Source: Raphidiopsis brookii D9 (GTDB lineage: Bacteria > Cyanobacteriota > Cyanobacteriia > Cyanobacteriales > Nostocaceae). Taken from it: DNA of 32,000 nt. The position numbers were made by a program, and so were the translations under genes. The number at the start of each line of letters is the position of its first letter. Position 1 is the first letter of the stretch. A model generated the notes under the pieces. It saw only the letters and a list, made by a program, of their open reading frames with translations. It was not told where the DNA came from and ran no database searches. Of this stretch, positions 20,307 to 28,358 are shown one piece after another. The DNA is taken from contig ACYB01000035.1 of the NCBI GenBank assembly GCA_000175855.1, positions 270,001-302,000 on the forward strand, written 5' to 3'.

Positions 20307-22153
20307 ATGAATCTTGAACAGAAAGATCCTTGTTTTGAAAGGTTGCTCACTTACATTAGACAAAATCGAGGTTTTGACTTTACCGGTTATAAACGATCTA
20401 CGCTGGTTAGGAGAGTAACTAAACGCATTCAAGCACTAAATATAGACAACTTTATAGACTATATGGACTATCTAGAAGTTGATCCAGAAGAATTTCATAA
20501 TCTGTTCAATACAATTTTAATCAATGTAACTGATTTTTTTCGGGATGTTTCAGCTTGGGATCACCTGGGAAATCAAGTGATCCCTAATATTATTAAAAGA
20601 CAAAAAAAAAGAATGAACAAATTCGTATATGGTGTGCTGGTTGTGCTTCCGGGGAAGAAGCTTATACCTTAGCTATACTGATGGCTGAAAATCTGGGTGC
20701 AGAAGATTTTCGTCAGCGAGTAAAAATTTATGCTACAGACATAGATGAAGAAGCTCTTAATCAGGCCCGACAAGCATTATTCTCTGTCAAAAGTGTTGAA
20801 TCTGTACCTAGAAAATTCCGTGATAAGTATTTTGATTTGACGGGAAATAATTATATTTTCCGTCAGGATTTACGCCGTTCTGTGATTTTTGGCAGGCACA
20901 ATCTATTTATTGATGCCCCTATTTCTCGTTTAGACCTATTAGTATGTCGGAATACATTAATGTATTTTAACTCCGAGATTCAGGGTCGTATTATGGCTAG
21001 ATTTCATTTCGCTTTGAATGATACTGGTTATCTGTTTTTAGGAAAAGCAGAAATGTTGTTAATGTATTCTAGTTTGTTTATGCCTGTAGATTTAAAAAAT
21101 AGAGTATTTACTAAGTTATCATCAACAAACATACGCGATCGCCTGCTAGTTATGGCCAACTCGGTAGATGACGAATCCAGTCGTCAGTTATCTCAAAACA
21201 TTCGTCTGCGAGATTTAGCTTTTGAGTCAGCACCCGTAGCAGAAATAGTGATTGATATCAATGGTTTATTAATCATTATTAATGAAGCAGCTCGCAATTT
21301 ATTTGGCTTGTCAAAGATGGATTTAGAGCGTCAGTTTTATGAGCTGGAGCTTTCCTATCGTCCCATAGAATTGCGTTCTTTAATTGAGCGAGCATATAAT
21401 GAGCGTCGTCCCATTACTTTAAACAGTATAGAACGCTATGTTCCCAATTCAGAACAACAGTATTTCGATGTGTTAATTACACCCTTGCAAGAGGATGATT
21501 TGAGTTTATTAGGAGTGAGCATTGCTTTTAATGATGTTACTCGTTATGTCGAGCTACAGGAAGCATTACAACGTTCTCGTCAAGATTTGGAAACAACTAA
21601 TGAAGAATTGCAATCTACTAATGAAGAACTAGAAACAACCAATGAGGAACTGCAATCTACCAATGAAGAGCTAGAAACCACTAATGAGGAGCTGCAATCC
21701 ACTAATCAAGAACTGGAAACTATGAATGAAGAATTGCAGTCTGCCAATGAGGAGCTGCAAACTATCAATCACGAATTAAGCGAACGTACCTTAGAGCTGA
21801 ATCGAAACAATGTTTTTATCAATTGTATTCTCAAGAGCTTACAAAAAGGTATAGTAGTCATTGATAGAAACTTTAGTATTTTAAACTGGAACGAATTGGT
21901 AGAAGACTTATGGGGACTGCGTTATGATGAAGTAATCAATAAATCTCTATTTAGTCTGGATATTAGTTTACCCGTAGAGGAATTGCGATCGCCCATATTA
22001 GATATTATTTCTGGTAAGACGGATTTCCAGGAAGTGAGCATAGAGTCTACCAATCGTCGAGGTAGAATTATCCAGTGTTATATAGCTCTAACCCCCCTGA
22101 TTGATAAAAAAATAGAGGGAGTGGTTTTAATTATGAGCGATTCTCAAAATTAA
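20307..22153 (+). pseudogene. CheR-type SAM-dependent methyltransferase fused to PAS, a TNEEL heptad coiled coil and a second PAS; the frame is broken in an A9 tract (20602-20610)
   Basis: The upstream ORF encodes the CheR N-terminal helical domain (GFDFTGYKRSTLVRRVTKR...FFRD). The frame containing ORF 20681-22153 already reads NEQIRIWCAGCASGEEAYTLAILMAENLG (the SAM-binding motif) from 20612. One extra A in the tract, or a -1 slip, joins the two. Downstream are a PAS domain, about nine ELQSTNE/ELETTNE heptads (21584-21778) and a second PAS domain. Confidence 0.8.
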
Positions 22154-22277
22154 GATGGTTGAGATAAATTTTTTCCTCACAAGTTCCTCAAGTTTTATTC
22201 GTATAAAAGAAATTGTCAAGATAAAAACGCAGAAGCAGTAAATCAACACATTCGTAGTTTTCTAGGGAGTCAAGATC

Positions 22278-24047
22278 ATGATGCAACAAATCCAAACTAA
22301 TCAAGAAACTACTCAACTAAATAAAGAAAGAGCATTAGTTCTCCCGTTTAATACCGTGGGCATTGTGGATATTCCCTTTGTGGGGGGTAAAAATGCTTCC
22401 CTAGGGGAAATGATCCAACAGTTGACTAAACAAGGGGTAAAAGTTCCCACGGGATTCGCCACTACCGCTTATGCTTACAGATACTTCATCGCTACTGCAG
22501 GACTGGAAACTAAACTCAGAAGCATTTTTGCTAACTTGGATATAGATAATGTTGAAAATTTGCGCCAATGTGGTAAACAAGCTAGATCCCTGATGCTAGA
22601 AACCCCATTCCCCATAGAATTACAAGAGGCGATCGCCCGTTCCTATCAAATCCTGTGTCAAGAATATGGTGCTAATCTTGATGTTGCGGTACGTTCTAGC
22701 GCAACCGCTGAGGATTTACCTGATGCCAGTTTTGCGGGTCAACAAGAAACCTACCTAAATGTTCATGGAATTAAAGGTGTTTTGGATGCTTGCCATAGGT
22801 GTTTTGCCTCCATATTTACGGATAGAGCAATTTCTTATAGACAACTCAAGGGGTTTGACCACTTTGAGGTTGCTCTATCAGTAGGGGTGCAAAAAATGGT
22901 ACGTTCAGATCTAGCAAGTTCTGGAGTGATGTTCTCCATTGATACGGAGACCGGTTTCAAAGATGCAGCTTTAATCACCGCAGCTTATGGACTAGGTGAG
23001 AATGTGGTGCAAGGTGCTGTTAACCCAGATGAGTACTTGGTATTTAAACCCACCTTAAAACAGGGGTATAAACCCATTTTGCAAAAACGTTTGGGAACCA
23101 AAGAAATTAAAATGGTCTACGATTTAGGTGGAACCAAACTGACCAAAAACGTTTCTGTGTCTCCAGCACAGAGGAATAAATTTGCTTTAAACGACGATGA
23201 AATATTACAACTAGCAAATTGGGCCTGCATTATTGAAGACCATTATTCCCAAGTGCGTGGTGCTGCAACACCTATGGATATAGAATGGGCAAAGGATGGC
23301 ATTACGGGAGAACTATTTATCGTTCAAGCGAGACCAGAAACCGTACAATCACAAAAATCCAAAACCGTTCTTAGAAGTTACCAATTACAAGAAAGGGGTG
23401 ATGTCTTATTAACAGGACGTAGTGTGGGGGAAATGATTGGTCAGGGTCAAGCTAGAGTAATTCTGGACGTTCATCAGATTGGAATGTTTCAACCCGGGGA
23501 AGTGTTAGTCACTAATCGTACAGATCCGGACTGGGAACCGATTATGAAGAAAGCCAGTGCTATCGTGACCAATTCCGGTGGTAGAACCTGTCATGCGGCA
23601 ATTATCGCTAGGGAAATGGGCATTCCAGCTATAGTTGGTTGTGGAAATGCGACAACAGTTTTGAAAACCGGACAGGAAATTACCATCAGTTGTGCTGAAG
23701 GTGAAACAGGTAAGGTTTACGCAGGATTATTAAACTTTGCCATCCAAGAATTACCTTTGGATAATTTACCTCGTACCCGCACCAAAATCATGATGAATGT
23801 GGGTAATCCAGAAGAAGCTTTGGGTTTAACTGCTATTCCCAATGATGGGGTGGGTTTAGCTAGGATGGAATTTATTATTGCTAACCACATCAAAGCTCAT
23901 CCATTAGCACTGTTACACTTTGACGAACTAGAAGAGGATCTGACCAAATATAAGATTGTAGAATTGGGCATTGATTCTATCAGTCTTAACCCTGATTCTG
24001 TCATGAAAACCATGTTAGAGATTGCATCAGCAGAAGGTATAATCTAA
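22278..24047 (+). CDS. ppsA: phosphoenolpyruvate synthase (PpsA) homolog with an in-frame internal deletion of most of the C-terminal PEP/pyruvate-binding domain
   Basis: The N-terminal ATP-grasp region is colinear with E. coli PpsA as recalled (VGGKNASLGEM, VRSSATAEDLPDASFAGQQETYLNV, MDIEWAKDG...FIVQARPET). The swivel phosphohistidine domain is intact (TDPDWEPIMKKASAIVTNSGGRTCHAAIIARE, His codon 23592-23594). After ...HPLALLHFDELEEDLTKYKI the sequence jumps directly to the extreme C-terminal motif VELGIDSISLNPDSV. The product is 589 aa, against roughly 790-820 aa for normal PpsA. Confidence 0.85.
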   Translation: MMQQIQTNQETTQLNKERALVLPFNTVGIVDIPFVGGKNASLGEMIQQLTKQGVKVPTGFATTAYAYRYFIATAGLETKLRSIFANLDIDNVENLRQCGKQARSLMLETPFPIELQEAIARSYQILCQEYGANLDVAVRSSATAEDLPDASFAGQQETYLNVHGIKGVLDACHRCFASIFTDRAISYRQLKGFDHFEVALSVGVQKMVRSDLASSGVMFSIDTETGFKDAALITAAYGLGENVVQGAVNPDEYLVFKPTLKQGYKPILQKRLGTKEIKMVYDLGGTKLTKNVSVSPAQRNKFALNDDEILQLANWACIIEDHYSQVRGAATPMDIEWAKDGITGELFIVQARPETVQSQKSKTVLRSYQLQERGDVLLTGRSVGEMIGQGQARVILDVHQIGMFQPGEVLVTNRTDPDWEPIMKKASAIVTNSGGRTCHAAIIAREMGIPAIVGCGNATTVLKTGQEITISCAEGETGKVYAGLLNFAIQELPLDNLPRTRTKIMMNVGNPEEALGLTAIPNDGVGLARMEFIIANHIKAHPLALLHFDELEEDLTKYKIVELGIDSISLNPDSVMKTMLEIASAEGII

Positions 24048-24112
24048 AGATGAATAATTCTTCATCCACTTTTTAGGTCCAACCATCCACTGTCCTTTGT
24101 TCTTATCTCCCA

Positions 24113-27100
24113 ATGTATCCACCTCCCAATTTTTCCCAGGACCAGCTAATTGAGCAGATAAGTTTAAATTCTACCCAGCATACAGATTTGGATTTAGATC
24201 TGTATCGGGTTATGGATCTTCAGCCCTTATTGGTCAGTCCTGACACTTCCGTATTAGATGCAATTGTTTTAATGAACCAGAAATGGAACCATGGAAATCC
24301 TCGGTTCCAATTTTCTCAATCTGGAAATTGTTATATGGACAGTAAGACGAAACAGGAGGTGACTGACTACGTTTTAATCGAAACAGACAAAAAGTTATTA
24401 GGGATATTCACTTTAACAGACTTGGCCAGAGTAGTTGCTAGTGGTACAAATCTTGCTGAAACGAAAATTGTAGAAGTGATGATTCAACCGGTCACCACAC
24501 TCAAACTATCAAATATATCAAGTGTATTAAATATTGGAACTTTAATATCAACATTTAGCAGAAATCAAATAGAGCATTTAGCAGTAATAGATGATCAGGG
24601 CAAAGTTGTAGGAATTATCAGAGAATGTGTGTTGTGGAAACAACTGGATCTTGGGAAATATGCTCATGGTAATATTACCCAGAGATTAACAGAAGAGAAA
24701 ATTGAGCAGGTCAATATTCAAGAAGAACTCCAGCAAACCATAGAAGAATTACAAATTATAGAAGAAGAACTCAGACAACAAAATCAACAATTACTAATTG
24801 CCCATGAGTTAGCTGAATTAGAAAGAAACCGCTATCATCAATTATTTGAACTTACACCTTATTGTTACTTGGTAACTGACAAACTGGGCATAATTAAAAA
24901 TGCCAACCAAACCGCATCAACCTTACTTTCTATAGAAAAACAATACCTAATAGGTAAACCAATCATAGTCTTTATTGCTCCAAAATATCGTCAGCAATTC
25001 ACTTGCCAAATAGCGGATTTTCAACCACAACAAGAATCACCAGAGCAAGAAATTTACCTGCAACCAAGAAAAGGAAAACTCTTTCCAGCTAGTGTGAAAA
25101 TAGTTGGCATATATGATCCCCATAAAAAAGAACATAGTTGGATCTGGTTAATTAACAATATTAGCGATCGCAAAAAAGCTGAGGAAGTGTTGACCAGAGC
25201 AGCGGAGGATTTAGAACAGAGAGTAGCAAAACGTACAGAAGAATTGGTGCAACTGAATCAAACCTTGAAAGCGGAAATCAAGCAACATCAAAAAACAGAA
25301 ATAGCACTGCGAGAAAGTGAAACGAGACTGACCTTAGCCCTAGAAGTTGCCAAAATGGGTATATGGGATTGGAATTTAATCACTAATGACTATATGTGGT
25401 CCGAAAGTGTTGGGCCAATGTACGGACTGCCAAGAGGTACTATATCTCCATCCTGTTATGAAGATTTACTCAGGTTAATTCACCCAGAAGATGCAGAACT
25501 TTTAAGTAATAAGTTAAGGATAGCCCTGGATAACAAAAGCGGATTTACCATTGAATTTCGTTCTATTTGGCCCGATGGTAGTTTACACTGGTTAACTAGC
25601 ACGGCACAGGTTTTCTGTAACGAAAAAAGGGAAGCTACCCGCATGATTGGCACAGTGCAAAATATATCCACTTACAAACAAAAAGAACAAAAACTCTATG
25701 AACAAGCAGCTCTACTAGATATTGCCACTGACGCTATTTTTGTGAGAGATTTTCAGACCGAGATATTATTTTGGAATCAGGGAGCACGCAGGATATATGG
25801 TTGGACTAAAGACGAAGCTATAGGCAAATATCTGAGGGATTTATTTTCTCAAAAAACAGCGATGAAACAAGAAGTAATTGCCCTAAAAGCTGTGGTTAGA
25901 TCGGGAAGTTGGCAAGGAGTATTACACAAATATAAAAAATCCGGAGAACAGGTGACGGTTGAGAGTCGTTGGACACTCATGTTTGATGCAGATGGGCAAC
26001 CAAAATCTATTTTGATTGTGGATACAGACATCACAGATAAAAAACAACTAGAAGAGCAATTTTTACGCACCCAGAGACTAGAAAGCATTGGCACTTTAGC
26101 TTGTGGTATTGCCCACGACTTGAATAATATATTGACACCTATTTTAGGGTCAGCTCAACTACTCAAACGTAAATCTGACCATATTACCCATCCCCAATTG
26201 TTGACAATGATTGAGGAGAATGCCACACGAGCTTCTTCCTTGGTTAAACAAGTTTTCTCTTTTGCAAGGGGAGCAAGTAGTGAATGGACAATTGTGCAAA
26301 TTAAACACCTAATTTTCGAAATTGTTAACCTTGCTAAACACACTTTTCCTAAGTCTATTAATTTGAAAACTAAAATAGCTAATAATCTGGCTACCGTGTT
26401 TGGAGATAGTACGGAATTGTATCAGATAATGATAAATTTAGTGGTTAATGCTCTCAATGCTATGCCATCGGGAGGAGTGCTAACTATAGCAGCGGAAAAT
26501 ACTTTTATTGATGGGAATAATCTGATCAACGAAAAATTACAACAGGGACACTATATTCTCATTACCATCATTGATACGGGAATAGGAATGTCACAAGCAG
26601 TAGCAGATAAGATTTTTGAACCATTTTTTACCACTAAACAAAATGGTTTGGGATCTGGCATAGGTTTATCCATAGTCTCTAGAATTATTCAAAAGCATAA
26701 TGGTCACCTGCAATTCTATACCCAACAGGGACAAGGAACTAAATTTGAAGTGTTTCTACCATCCATAGAAGCTCCACATCCCCCTCTTCCACAAGAATTG
26801 CCCACAGAAATAGGAAGGGGTGAGTTGATTTTAATCGTGGATGATGAACCACAAATTCGGGATGTGACTAGGATGATTTTAGAAACCCACAATTATGACA
26901 CCCTCACTGCTAGTAATGGTATGGAGGCGATCGCCATTTATGGTCAATATAAACAAGACATCAGTGTAGTTTTAATGGACATAATGATGCCAAAGATAGA
27001 TGGTATCGCTACTATTCGATCCATGAAAAAAATTAATCCATTAGTGAAGATAATTGCTTGCAGCGGAATATCTACCATAGAAGCAATTCCCGAATCTGAT

Positions 27101-27211
27101 AATACGAAAATACAAGGAGTTTTGCTGAAGCCTTATAGTGCCAGCGATTTGTTAAGTAGTATAAGCATGGTGATTAGGGGGGATTCTTCCCCCATCAATC
27201 TCCTAAACTAA
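24113..27211 (+). CDS. Hybrid sensor histidine kinase/response regulator with an N-terminal CBS pair and multiple PAS domains
   Basis: 1032-aa ORF with a CBS-pair-like N-terminus (LLVSPDTSVLDAIVLM...; VEVMIQPVTTL...LAVIDDQGKVVGII) and a coiled coil (EELQQTIEELQIIEEELRQQNQQL). Three PAS-like blocks follow. The H-box is GIAHDLNNILTPI (His codon 26114-26116). The HATPase_c N/G boxes are NLVVNALNAM, DTGIGM and GSGIGLS. The C-terminal REC domain is ILIVDDEP...VLMDIMMPKIDG (Asp codon 26978-26980). Confidence 0.88.
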   Translation: MYPPPNFSQDQLIEQISLNSTQHTDLDLDLYRVMDLQPLLVSPDTSVLDAIVLMNQKWNHGNPRFQFSQSGNCYMDSKTKQEVTDYVLIETDKKLLGIFTLTDLARVVASGTNLAETKIVEVMIQPVTTLKLSNISSVLNIGTLISTFSRNQIEHLAVIDDQGKVVGIIRECVLWKQLDLGKYAHGNITQRLTEEKIEQVNIQEELQQTIEELQIIEEELRQQNQQLLIAHELAELERNRYHQLFELTPYCYLVTDKLGIIKNANQTASTLLSIEKQYLIGKPIIVFIAPKYRQQFTCQIADFQPQQESPEQEIYLQPRKGKLFPASVKIVGIYDPHKKEHSWIWLINNISDRKKAEEVLTRAAEDLEQRVAKRTEELVQLNQTLKAEIKQHQKTEIALRESETRLTLALEVAKMGIWDWNLITNDYMWSESVGPMYGLPRGTISPSCYEDLLRLIHPEDAELLSNKLRIALDNKSGFTIEFRSIWPDGSLHWLTSTAQVFCNEKREATRMIGTVQNISTYKQKEQKLYEQAALLDIATDAIFVRDFQTEILFWNQGARRIYGWTKDEAIGKYLRDLFSQKTAMKQEVIALKAVVRSGSWQGVLHKYKKSGEQVTVESRWTLMFDADGQPKSILIVDTDITDKKQLEEQFLRTQRLESIGTLACGIAHDLNNILTPILGSAQLLKRKSDHITHPQLLTMIEENATRASSLVKQVFSFARGASSEWTIVQIKHLIFEIVNLAKHTFPKSINLKTKIANNLATVFGDSTELYQIMINLVVNALNAMPSGGVLTIAAENTFIDGNNLINEKLQQGHYILITIIDTGIGMSQAVADKIFEPFFTTKQNGLGSGIGLSIVSRIIQKHNGHLQFYTQQGQGTKFEVFLPSIEAPHPPLPQELPTEIGRGELILIVDDEPQIRDVTRMILETHNYDTLTASNGMEAIAIYGQYKQDISVVLMDIMMPKIDGIATIRSMKKINPLVKIIACSGISTIEAIPESDNTKIQGVLLKPYSASDLLSSISMVIRGDSSPINLLN

Positions 27212-27215
27212 AATC

Positions 27216-28305
27216 CTAGGTAAGTCCTACATATATACCTAAAGCATGAGCAGTATCTACCAAATCTGATTTAGGATCTACCAACTGGGGACTTTCAAGT
27301 AAAGAACTTTCGATGGAAATACTTGTAACCTTGCCATTTTTGCCAGGCCAACATTTCATGATTTTTCCCTTGAGCAATTAAATCCACTGCGGTTTTACCA
27401 AAAGCGGTAGCAACTAGACGGTCTAAAGCTGAGGGAATACCACCCCTTTGAATATGACCTAGTACAGAAACCCTGGTATCGAAACCATGGGCAAAATTGG
27501 AAATTTGTCCTGCAACATATTGACCACGACCACATTTGGCAGATCCAATATTAGTATCTGGTATATGCTCCCCATTTACCCCATGATCATTATTTAAATC
27601 TTCTGAACAGAGTGTAGCACCTTCAGCAACCACCACGATAGCAAATTTCCTTTTCCAAGTATCTCGAAGTTCCTTCAAATGCTCACAAATACCCTGAATG
27701 GTATATGGTATTTCCGGAATTAAGATTACATCCGCACCACCAGCAATTCCAGAATGGAGAGCTAAATGACCAGCAGTGCGTCCCATAACCTCTACAATCA
27801 TTACCCGATCATGACTAGCAGCAGTAAATGTGAGACGGTTGATGGCATCCACAATAGTATTAACTGCTGTGTCAAAACCTATAGAACGTTCGGTCAAAGC
27901 CACATCATTGTCAATGGTTTTAGGAATACCAACTAAATGCCAATTCCCCATAGTAGCCAGTTCATGGATGATTTTTAAACTTCCATCTCCACCTACAGCA
28001 ATTAGAGCATCCAAACCCAAAGCTTCATAACCGGACAAAATTTCTCCAGCAGCAGCAAGGGTATCTCCCTCATTGATACTACCTAAAATTGTCCCTCCCA
28101 TATTCAATAAAGGATCTATTCCCCGTAAATTCCAACCATGTATACTCAAGGGGATAGTTTGTCTTTGCTGTAACCCTTGGGTAGCATAAGGAATGCCAAC
28201 CACCTCCCAATTATATGTTAGTATGGCGTGACTTACGACCGCGCGAATCACACAATTTAACCCGGGACAGTCTCCACCACTTGTGAGGATACCAATGCGT
28301 TTCAT
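27216..28305 (-). pseudogene. pfkA: ATP-dependent 6-phosphofructokinase; the C-terminal about 40 codons are displaced to another frame by a 1-nt change in an A5 run (T5 on the plus strand, 27337-27341)
   Basis: The N-terminus MKRIGILTSGGDCPGLNCVIRAVV plus GGDGS, PKTIDNDV and MGRTAGHLAL are PFK family A motifs. The annotated frame ends with the atypical tail ...AWQKWQGYKYFHRKFFT*. The +1 frame from 27338 reads NGKVTSISIESSLLESPQLVDPKSDLVDTAHALGIYVGLT*, which looks like a normal PfkA C-terminus, with its stop at 27216-27218. Confidence 0.8.
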
Positions 28306-28358
28306 ATTGCCAACTACCTTGAATTTCTCAATACCAGTGACCTATTATCTGTGACCAA

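Noticed and set aside
21584-21778. Regular 21-bp periodic repeat that could superficially resemble a repeat array or CRISPR
   Set aside because: It is in-frame coding sequence for a heptad coiled coil. There are no spacers, the units differ mainly at synonymous sites, and no cas genes are present.
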